A DNA stretch of 59,816 nucleotides, filler included, from Sphacelaria rigidula (taxonomy: Eukaryota), in the NCBI GenBank assembly GCA_964200075.2. It is 9 parts of 9 records of this genome, joined end to end, with 100 filler letters (N's around TTAATTAATTAA, not from the genome) between each part and the next. Parts side by side here need not be neighbours in the genome. Positions count along the whole stretch, not along the records: positions 39,946 to 46,502 come from CAXNAA020019359.1; positions 46,603 to 53,159 come from CAXNAA020019360.1; 7 more parts are not named here. One strand, given 5' to 3'. This document shows, piece by piece, positions 39,846 to 50,146 of this stretch. Made by a program: the position numbers and the translations under genes. Position 1 is the stretch's first letter, and every line of letters begins with the position of its first letter. Below the pieces are notes generated by a model that was not told where the DNA came from, did no database searches, and saw only the letters and a list, made by a program, of their open reading frames with translations.

Positions 39846-39945
39846 NNNNNNNNNNNNNNNNNNNNNNNNNNNNNNNNNNNNNNNNNNNNTTAATTAATTA
39901 ANNNNNNNNNNNNNNNNNNNNNNNNNNNNNNNNNNNNNNNNNNNN
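39846..39945. other. Artificial contig linker
   Basis: N44-TTAATTAATTAA-N44. Confidence 0.99.
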
Positions 39946-40021
39946 AGCTTCACCGCTACAGTGTAAGCCTCTGCTTAAGTGTCTAGTGAGACAGTGCTGC
40001 GCCAGCGAATCATTTCCAACA

Positions 40022-40032
40022 GGTTATGAGCC
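40022..40032 (+). promoter_or_regulatory. Primer-binding site complementary to the tRNAiMet anticodon arm (half-tRNA priming)
   Basis: GGTTATGAGCC directly after ...CCAACA. Its complement GGCUCAUAACC is the initiator-tRNA anticodon stem-loop. Confidence 0.85.
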
Positions 40033-40217
40033 ATCGATTCGGGACCACATATGTCTTCAGGTCATCAGCCTTCGGTTCGAGACTACGTCGGTCAGCACGA
40101 GCGAGGAGGTGTCACATCAAGGTCGCCACAGCAGCGACACTTAAGAGTCCAAGAACCCTGATCTTTCCAAAAAATCTGCAGGTGTGAAGAGAAAGTTTTA
40201 TTAGTAACGTGAGGCAG

Positions 40218-43200
40218 ATGAATATGTCGGGAGAGCCATCTGTGACTCAGCTCATCAAGAGCATCAACATGTTCGACGGTACAAAGTTCGTCGAGTGGAT
40301 GCGCTCCACGCGCGCTATCATTTCTTTAACTCATCCGGGGATTGCGGATATCCTCAACGGGGTCGAACGCCCCGCGGAAATTCTCGAAGAACATTTTTCT
40401 GAGGTAGACCTGCCACAACCAGCTGCCATAAGACCTAGCCCTGCTAGAACTCAATCCCAAACTGCCCGCCAGCAGTCGTCCGTTCGACCGCATTCATCGT
40501 CGGTGGACGCAACCGCGGGGACGAGACGATAGCAGCGGTGGACGGGACTGGACATACTGAAGAAGACCATCATTCTACACAAGAATCTCGTTCTCCCAGC
40601 TTGGTGTCACATGTGAGGCAGATTTCCAACACGCCTGAGATAGAGAGTTGGGACCGGTGCCATCAAGGATTGTTCCACGTTTCGTACCTGTCTACAACCG
40701 GTCCTGCAGCGAGTTATTTGTTGCGTTTCCAGCCGAGGGGTTCAGAGAGACCAAACGGCAAACGTGCATGGGAGGCTTTGATTTCCAGGTATCAAAATGC
40801 TTCGAAGCAGAGAGGCAGGATCTTGATGAGAGAACTCAACGTCACTATGTCACCAGGGCAAGACCCTGATACTTTCTTGAGCAAAGTGTATCAGCTTCGC
40901 GACGAACTGGACAACGTTGGTGAGATCATTTCCGAAGAAAGGCTGACTGACGTGGTGATCGAAGGTTTAACAAGCGAGTATGACCTCATCAAGTACAATG
41001 CGGAGCGTGATCCAGATCTCAGCATTCAGAGCATCGAAACACCAATGCGAAATACGTATGCTAATCGTATGTCGCGGAGAATTACCTCCGGAAAATCGCA
41101 TGGCCGCGTTTCATCACTGCTAATGGCATCACCACCGAAATCTTTGAATCGACCCTAGAAATTCCGTGGAAATTGCTACACCTGCGGGAGGCCAGGATAT
41201 CATATGAGAGACTGTCGTTCTAAAATGCAGTCTAACCATGGGAACAGGCCTGTAAAATGGTGCAGTTTTCATCATACTGACAAGCATGACGATTCTGAGT
41301 GTAGATCTCAACAGAACAGCGGGAATGCGATCAACAACGCTGGAAACAACAATAACCGTCATCGTCGTAGAAATCCCCGCCATCAAAATATCAACCGCGA
41401 CAACAGCAGCTACAACAACAGTAGGAGTAACCACAACAGCAACATCGGCAGCAACAACTCCGACGGACATCAACGCCAAGCCAATACAGCCGTCGCCGAT
41501 TCAGCTTCTACAACCGCACCATCGAACAATAACGGCCTACAAACTTCTTCATCAACATCTTTGACAGTGGTCGATTCATCTTCACCACCAAACGGTATGG
41601 GATTTTCTTTCATTTCTGGTTCACATGTCACTGATACATCTGATCAAACTTTTTTCAGTTAACAGTGGATAGCGGCAGCACTGGAGACTTTCTGGATGAT
41701 CAGTTGCTGCCCAATATCGAACGTGAAATGGTCGAGGTTGTCAAACTTGATCCCCCGATGACTATTGTAACAGCGGGACGCCATCTACTGCATGGTACAG
41801 CAAAAGGAGTTCTCAACACCGTCGTCATTGACTCTGAGGGGTACCAACGTTCTGTTCGGCTCCCAGCCGTGATTGTCCCAGGTTTGAAGAATCATCTGTT
41901 CTCCCCTGTGCAAGCTCTTGCGAAGGGGGCTTCGACTATATTTTCTCACGAGTCCCACATCGACCTTGGAAAGGTCAAAGTGCCCATCAACAGTGGCAGC
42001 AACGGAGCGTTACATTACGTCAGCGCGAAAGTTCTCGGAAACCGGGTAGGATCAATAACAGCTCAGCATTTACAGCAACAATTATGTCAGGAGAACCTAT
42101 GGGCATCGGTACAGGCGTTGTTGCAGAGGCCATTCACCACGACATGCCGGGAGTTTCAGCAGCCGTGTCTTCCACGGCGGGAGCAGACCCGACAGCTTTG
42201 TCTACCACGACAGAAGCAGACACTTGGCATAGGTGACTTGGACATCCTACGGAGCAGGTCATGCGCCGTCTACTGAATACCCCTGAATCAGGTGTTAACT
42301 TTGACGGGTCACCGTCACCTTGTGTAACGTGCAAACTAAATAAAAGTGTACAGCAGGACTACCCCAAGACTGTAGACTCCACGAATATTTCGGAACGACT
42401 GCAACTGGTCAGCACTGACCTAACAGGACCAATCACGCCCATGGCTCAGGAGGGCTATCGTTACATGGCAAAATTTACGGATCACGTCACGCGTTTCAAG
42501 GTAGTCTACTTCATCGAAACGAAGGATGAGACCCTAACTACGCTCTGCAGGTTCATCCAAGATTTGGTTATTCCTTCAGGACTCCGTGTACACCGCGTGC
42601 GGTCAGACCGTGGGGGTGAATGTATCGCGGATTAGCTTAAGAGGTACTGCAAAGCTACGGGTATTCGTCAAGCGTTCACCAGCCCATACACTCCTCAGCA
42701 GAATGGCATCAGTGAAAGAGAGGGGCGGAGTATCTTGAACGTTACACGTTACCTTCTGAACAAATCGAATATGCCGAACTTTCTGTAGGGAGAAATTGCT
42801 GCAACTGCGGTATTTTTAATTAACCGTCTGCCGCACACGAGCATTGGAGGCGACACCCCATATTTTCGGATGTCTCTTACGCAGCCGAAGCTATCATTCT
42901 TGCGGACAATCGGCTCGAGGGTGTGCACAGAGAGCGTCATCACAGTAAGTAAGAAGGGAAAGGCTTGAGAAGGAGTGCTAGTAGGGTATGATTCCGATAG
43001 CCCGTCGTACCGCATTTACAACCGCTTTTCGGGAAAAATATCCAGCTCCAGAAACGTCACTTTCATCGAACAAGTAACAGGCGCTCCATACAGTGATGAA
43101 GGTTTTTCGACTCTGGATATCCAGGAACCCGACGAATCTGTAGTTGACCAGGAACAGTATGACGACACGAACAACTTCAGCATAAATATCTACGATGGTA

Positions 43201-45028
43201 TAGCTCAGCTAGAGGACAGTACCACGGAGGGGTATTCACTGACTACAGGGCCGCCAATCGCCCAAAGGAGGTTGCGTTCAGCCGGCGGTCCCAATCATCA
43301 TCCTTCTGGACCCGTTAACAAACGGCAACCCAGTGAGCGAAAGCGACTAGCCTTCATGTCCTCTGGGGGTCAACATGCTGCAGCAACACTGTAAATGGTA
43401 TGTCAGTACATAGGCACTGTTGGAGTTGAACAGGTTGCACCACCCGCGTCAATTTCAGTCCCTACCAACTATCGACAGGCATCGAGCTCACCATACGCGA
43501 AGAAATGAAAAGCAGCCATGCTCGACGAACTTAAAAGCATTAAAAATCATGAAGTAGCCGACATCATCCCGGCCAGCTCTGTTCCCAGCAACAACAACAT
43601 CATCGGTACAAGGTGGGTCTTCAAGGTCAAGGCCGACGGGCGTTTTAAAGCCCGGTTGGTGGTTCAAGGTTGGTCTCAGAGGCATGGACTCGACTGCGGG
43701 AGTACTTTCGCTCCAGTTTTCAGGTTGGAAAGTCAGCGATTGTTACTGGCATATGCTACTGCGAAAAGTTGGCCTATCTTAGCCCTCGACGTACAAACTG
43801 CTTTCTTGAATGGCAAGCTGCAGGAAACAGTATTCTGTAGACAGCCGCCTGGCTTCGAGACGTTCGACCCAACGACAGGAGAACCACAAGCGATGCGCCT
43901 TAAGCGCGCTCTCTACGGACTGCGTCAGAGTCCAAACGTGTGGAGCGTTACAATGAATACGGAGCTACGGAAAATGTTTTTTTTAGCCCGGGCAAGTGAC
44001 CCATGTGGCTACACGAAAGGATACCATGAAGGATATGTGATGCCTACTCTGTATGTAGATGATGTCTTGATGACAGGACTGTCAATCAGCATACTGCAAC
44101 AGGATTAGGACACACTGATATCAAGATTCTCCATTCCCGAGCTAGGGCCAGTTTCTCTTATTTCTCGGTATAGAGATCATCAGAGATGATGCGCGAGGAA
44201 CTCTCAAGTTGTCACAGCATAGGTACGTAGAATCAATGCTCAAGAAATTCGGCATGGAGTCATCCAATCCAGTTCACACCCCGGGAACATCAAGTCAACT
44301 CGTCGGCGATGCGTCTGAAGATACCTTCCTGGAACCGTCAGAGAAAACTAAGTACCAAGCGATGGTTGGGAGCCTCATCTCCCTGGCTCAGAGCACAAGA
44401 TTCGACATCGCATGTAGTGTCTCCCAGGTAGCACATCATATGAGCAGCCCGAGTAGTCAACACTTCGTAGCAGTTAAACGGATATTTCGATACCTGAAGG
44501 GGAAACCCGATCTTCTGGTAACGTACCCAACCTCCGATACGAATCTGGATTTAAAGGGATATTGTGACGCTAGCTATGGTAATGCCGGGCTTCCGGGAAA
44601 AATGCGATCCACGACGGGGACGTGATTTTTCATGTCTAACGGGCTAGTTCATTTCACTTCGAGTCTACAACCAACGTATTACAGCTACTTCAACCACAGA
44701 AGCGGAGTTAATTGCCCTTTCGAAATGCGACAAATTCGTAACGTATCTCTTCAGTTTTATACGAGAGCTTGGGTGGTCATCTATTGATCTCGCGACTATC
44801 TACTCGGATTCACAAGGCGCACTTCATCTGTCTTCGAACGCCAACTTCAGCACCAGCTCGAAACACCTGGCGATACGGTTCTTTAATTCAAAAGATATGA
44901 TTCGAGCCGGACAACTAAGGATGTACTATGTACGATCTTCATAACAATTAGCCGATCTTCTCACCAAACGTTGTGATAGAATTGTACATCAGAGACTGCT
45001 GAAGGCTCTAACCGAATTTGGGAGATGA
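40218..45028 (+). pseudogene. Copia gag-pol pseudogene with many stops and frameshifts
   Basis: Motifs: FDGTKFVEW, CYTCGRPGYHMRDC, VDSGSTG, TDLTGP, RSDRGGE, PQQNGISER, FKARLVVQG, LYVDD, GYCDASY and LADLLTK, ending ALTEFGR*. Confidence 0.95.
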
Positions 45029-46230
45029 CGGATATTAATCGGGCAGGTTGTTAAACTTTGACCATCATCGTCAACGCTTAACCTCGATCATCATCTTCAA
45101 CGCTCAACTTCGACCTTCCAGTTTTTTCGAGTGTCATCACCCAAGCGACATCTCGACAACTATCCCAAGGGCGCCACACCGCATCACTTCTCAATCCATA
45201 CCTCCAACACCTTCAACCCTCAACATTTCCTAAACCCAACCTCCAGCATCCTCCATCATCATCTCCATAATGAGCCACTGCATGAACAACAACTCCAACA
45301 ACTACGGAAACAACCCCAGGCAAGGAAACAGAAATGTGCGCGGACACGTCGGGCGATACCCAGCACCCAATGGCCGTGCACACCGCACTTCGCACCGCCA
45401 GAGGACACAAACGGTGTAACAGCCAATGCGCGGGCCCGCCTGAGTAACCAGCCGCTGCGACTCCAAGGACGCGCTACTACGTACATTGACTGGGGAGATC
45501 GAGCTCCCATCGTACTGGACATCATTCCTGGACTGTCAACTGAGGAGCGTGCGCGAATGGCGGACGTACTGAGGATGTACGGGTTCGCTGAGTTTGTAAA
45601 CTGAGGAGCGTCAGCGAACCCGTACATCCTCAGTACGTCCGCCATTCGCGCACGCTCCTCAGTTGACAGTCCAGCGATGATGATGTCCAGTACGATGGGA
45701 GCTCGATCTCCCCAGTCGATGTACGTAGTAGCGCGTCCTTGGAGTCGCAGCGGCTGGTTACTCAGGCGGGCCCGCGCATTGGTTGTTACGCCGTTTGTGT
45801 CCTCTGGCGGTGCGAAGTGCGGTGTGCACGGCCATTGGGTGCTGGGTATCGCCCGACGTGTCCGCGCACATTTCTGTTTCCTTGCCTGGGGTTGTTTCCG
45901 TAGTTGTTGATGCAGTGGCTCATTATGGAGATGATGATGGAGGATGCTGGAGGTTGGGTTTAGGAAATGTTGAGGGTTGAAGGTGTTGGAGGTATGGATT
46001 GAGAAGTGATGCGATGTGGCGCCCTTGGGATAGTTGTCGAGATGTCGCTTGGGTGATGACACTCGAAAAAACTGGAAGGTCGAAGTTGAGCGTTGAAGAT
46101 GATGATCGAGGTTAAGCGTTGACGATGATGATCGAAGTTAAGCGTTGACGATGATGGTCGAAGTTTAATAACCTGCCCGATTAATATCCGTCATCTCCCA
46201 AATTCGGTTATAGCCTTCAGCAGTCTCTGA
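44989..46230. repeat. Long inverted duplication: arms 44989-45591 and 45611-46230, 19-nt spacer
   Basis: The arms are reverse complements with scattered substitutions and three indels. They produce mirror ORFs in the ORF track. Confidence 0.97.
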
Positions 46231-46502
46231 CATACATACACGTGTTCATCAACGCAAGCACAATTGTTTTTAGACGTGTGGGATTCATTAGTTTCAATCG
46301 ATTTTACCAGTTTTCTCGAGGTTTTGGAGATCCCCTTTCGAAGGAAACGGCCGGTGACCCCGTGACAACGACGAAACCGACAGAAACTAGTCAACAAGCA
46401 CCGAAAAGTAGCGACATCGGGTTTTTCTTGCAACATTTCCTTTCTTTCGGTGTACACTTCTGACAGATCTGGCGTTTGTTGTTTGTTTGTTTTTTCTTCC
46501 TT

Positions 46503-46602
46503 NNNNNNNNNNNNNNNNNNNNNNNNNNNNNNNNNNNNNNNNNNNNTTAATTAATTAANNNNNNNNNNNNNNNNNNNNNNNNNNNNNNNNNNNNNNNNNN
46601 NN
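46503..46602. other. Artificial contig linker
   Basis: N44-TTAATTAATTAA-N44. Confidence 0.99.
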
Positions 46603-46753
46603 GACTTGTCAGTAGTCTAGTTGGTTGTTTCTTAACCGTCACACGACAAATGTCGGCAAAATTGCTCAACCATATGATTATGAAACTAATGGTTGGCCCT
46701 CTTTTCGGATCTTGTTATCGATTCCTGTCGGCCAGCGCATATCCGCCTGCACA

Positions 46754-47131
46754 GGGTCGCCCCGGTGGCTCAGTTGGTAACCTCGTAACCTTCTGATAGT
46801 TGAGTAGTGGGGTTCGATTCCTGGAGTGATCTAGAATCGCTTTTAACACCATGCCCAACAGTGGAGAGCGACTATGTCGTGGGTACACAAAAATTCGACT
46901 AAACGGTCGACGAGGGAAAGGGACTACTGAACACCTCTCGCGATGAAAACAAAAAGGCAAGCACCGCAGAAGAAATGTGGGGTACTAAAGTCAAATAAAA
47001 AAGAAAAAGCTCCTGTGTTGACCTTCCTCCTTTGTGACTCCGGCTGATGCGCCCACATATATATACCGAAAGGTGTAGACTAGCGCCCAGAAAAAATGGG
47101 ATGACAACACACAGACACACACACACACACA
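46754..47131 (+). mobile_element. tRNA-derived SINE, full length (~380 bp)
   Basis: A box TGGCTCAGTTGG (46766), B box GGTTCGATTCC (46811) and a (CA)n tail. Six copies occur in the window. Confidence 0.85.
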
Positions 47132-47464
47132 GGTCGATTCTCAGAAACTGCCTGTACTAGCTGCTGGGCATGGGATGCATAATCTCGTCGTTTTACTACA
47201 TGCGCCAAGTTATGCATAAAACTTGGCGTTTATGCCTGTGTTATGCTGAAATCTTCACAAACATAAAGGCGTGAGTTTATGCGCAAAACCCCGTTTTATG
47301 CGAATTGTATGCGCGCATAAAGAGCAAAAGCCCAGTTCCAACAAGGTTAAGATAAACTACGACAGTTGAAATCACGACCTATCGGATTGTAATTTTCCTT
47401 TCTTCACCGCACATTTTCGATCGAAGTATAATGTGCTAAGACACGCCCCTAAAACACGTCTTAA

Positions 47465-47610
47465 CCCTTGGACCGCGAGATGAGTCTTTCTGGATCATGC
47501 ATACTTTTTTCACCCTTAGACCGCGAGGTTACTCTTCTGTTGAGTCGGCATCAATTTCAAGTGAAAAAAAGTATGCATCATCCAGAAAGACTAATCCCGC
47601 GGTCTAAGGG
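47465..47610. mobile_element. piggyBac-like MITE
   Basis: TTAA|CCCTTGGACCGCG...CGCGGTCTAAGGG|TTAA. Confidence 0.85.
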
Positions 47611-48801
47611 TTAAGACAAGATACGGCCTTACGCGTGGTAATGAAGTTGTGGGCTCTCATTTCACTATCATCACTATCACGGAATGATACTCACTTTCCT
47701 TCTTTGTGAGATGGTGCAACCACCGTACCGCCGGCTTCGCAGAAGATACGCCGAACAGTCACAACCATACGCACTCATTATGCAATTATACACCCAAGAA
47801 AGCCGAAATCCAACGACCAAGAAATTGTACGGTAGCCTCCTGCTGGTTGGCCCGTAGATCCGGAAGATCCCGCGATGGATATTATCATTACGAACGCTTG
47901 TGTGCCGCAGCTCACAAAAATCCAACGAACATGTGAACATGTGTGAAATCGTCCTGCCGACACACCCGCGCCCCGAGAATTTTCTTATGAGTGGAACCAC
48001 GGAGGTGTCTGACTGGTGAACAGAACCATAAGGCATGTTGGGTTTGCATAAGTGGGACTCACAATTAATTACTGTCATGTTTCGTGGGGACCTGGACTTT
48101 GGAATACTGTACCTCCAATGTGCACTTGGGTAAAACAAAATAGCCAGGGACTGCTGGAGCCCAGCGAAGCGAACATCACAGCAACCGACTGCGCGAAAAT
48201 ATAAACACGAAGGGGTCCAGCTCGACCGCGCGCAACGGTGCCTGCAAATCAAGCGCACTGGTCAGGTGAGGGAGTGCGGAGAGGCCCTCCGTACTTGTGT
48301 GCACTTGCTGCCAAGGCTTCCCGTAAGGCCAGCCCTGGAGTTGCACAGGTGTTTTGCGAAAGGTGATGCAGCATAAGTTGAAGTTGATCCACTTCTTATG
48401 TTTTGGCCTCGTTTCAACCCTGTGACGGCGAACTCCCCTCAGATGGACGCAGGACGACTACTTTTCTGCCGCAATGTTTGGGATTCAGAACAGCTGTTTT
48501 CGCGCTACGACGTATAATGCATTTATTCATGAACGAACATGCGGATGACGGGCATCTACATAGAAAATACAAAATAGAAATAATCTGAGAACCCACGGTC
48601 GGCTGTGACCCTGTAGTGTGCAGTCAGTATGATATATGTGTTACATGCCTTCTCCGGGTAAACGGCAAAAGAGCGGTCAACTATCAATGCCATCCACTCA
48701 ACATGGTCTACTGCATGTTGCTGATGTCTCTCGTTAGTGTTCCACAACAACAACAGTAGAGTATGAAACTGTGCTGGGAACTCAAGACGGTCAGACAGGC
48801 G

Positions 48802-48940
48802 ACAAACAAATACAACTACCCGGGCAAACGTTGAGCAAACTCGGTAATGAAGAGCACTTTGCTCCTCTTAAAACAAACAAATATAACTACCCGGGCAAAC
48901 GTTGAGCAAACTCAGTAATGAAGAGCACTTTGCTTCTCTT
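48802..48940. repeat. 71-bp tandem duplication
   Basis: ACAAACAAATA.AACTACCCGGGCAAACGTTGAGC...GAGCACTTTGCT occurs twice. Confidence 0.9.
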
Positions 48941-49515
48941 TTGAATCTCTCGCTCAGCTGGCATATGTGCAAGGAACGGTGCGAAATGCTCCTAAGCCCG
49001 CGCCAAAGATGAAGGCGGTATTCCGTCTGCATCTCGAGTAACATTTCTGCATCCTGGTGCCCCTTGTGCACCGCACGCCAATAACTACACGATTACCTGA
49101 ATAAGATTTTTTCCGCTGCGTAGAACGGATGGGAAAACGAAGCAATGCTTGCGCTGCTGAACGATATTGCTGAAAAACGATGTTACGGGTGCGAATCGGT
49201 GAGGGAGGGTGTGTTATCCCCCGAATTTCGTCCGGGCTGTTCGAGGACATTTTTCCGATCAGAGACGAATCCATCCTCGTTTCCCCGTTTCCATGTAGAT
49301 ACACTTGATTGAAACCTAAAATATGTATATATCCTCAGAAAGAGCAAATCGTGCCTTGAACGACGCCCTCTCTGTTCAGGCGTGACATGCACGGCCTCAC
49401 CCCTGACACGCGTGCATGGTCAAATTCCTTTCTTCGTCATCTCTTTTAGGGTTCCCCGAAACTGCAATTAAATTACATTTTTGCCGTCTGTCGTACTGAG
49501 CGTGAGACTTGTTAA

Positions 49516-49711
49516 CCCTTGGACCATGGTGCGGATAGTCCATCTGGATCGCGCACACTTTTTTCAAGTGAAAATTGATGCCGATTCAGCAGGTTACCTA
49601 CCCTCGCGATCTAAGGGTTAATCCTTAGACCGCGAGGGTAGTCTTCTGTTGAATCGGCATCCATTTCAAGTGAAAAAAGTATGCAAGGTCCTGAAAGACG
49701 CGGTCTAAGGG
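49516..49711. mobile_element. Two oppositely oriented piggyBac-like MITEs sharing one TTAA (49516-49617, 49622-49711)
   Basis: TTAA at 49512, 49618 and 49712, with CCCTT/AAGGG-type termini. Confidence 0.8.
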
Positions 49712-49970
49712 TTAAGTTACCGATTGACTGCTGAGCTAAGTTCTCGGGTTCGAATCCCTGTGCGAGAAAATGTATTCTTCGATGCCGCGAGGATGCGGTC
49801 GACTGAAACGGGAAAAGACTGAGAATTTGACTTCGACATTGAGCATCGGGTGCGGGTCGAAGTCTACCGGTGGAACTGATCAGCGTCGGTTACAGGGATA
49901 GCAACCCTGGGGTGAGAGTATTCGGGGTCATGCGACGGACCCACCGAACTCAGAACTTAGCTTTTGTTAA

Positions 49971-50070
49971 CCCTTAGACAGCGAGGTTAGTCTTCTGTTG
50001 AATCGGCATCAATTTCAAGTGAAAAAAGTATGCATGATCCAGGAAGACTAATCTCGTCGCGGTCTAAGGG
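49971..50070. mobile_element. piggyBac-like MITE, 100 bp
   Basis: TTAA|CCCTTAGAC...GGTCTAAGGG|TTAA. Confidence 0.85.
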
Positions 50071-50076
50071 TTAAGG

Positions 50077-50146
50077 TACCGATTGACTGCTGACCTAAAC
50101 AGCCAGCGCTAGCTCGCTGGCTGTTTAGGTCAGTAGTCAATCGGTA
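50077..50146. repeat. 32-bp-stem hairpin
   Basis: TACCGATTGACTGCTGACCTAAACAGCCAGCG-CTAGCT-CGCTGGCTGTTTAGGTCAGTAGTCAATCGGTA, with one G:T pair. Confidence 0.95.

Larger units (their letters stand above)
39946..45591 (+). mobile_element. Second Ty1/copia element: end of 5' LTR, PBS, gag-pol and 3' region; no 3' LTR
   Basis: LTR end TTTCCAACA at 40021, followed by a PBS and the full copia domain order. Confidence 0.95.

Noticed and set aside
46754..46830. tRNA gene (also ~12810-12899, ~22085-22163, ~30245-30310)
   Set aside because: A and B boxes are present but there is no clean cloverleaf. The first three are fused to a repeated SINE body; the last is a degenerate tRNA-like head.
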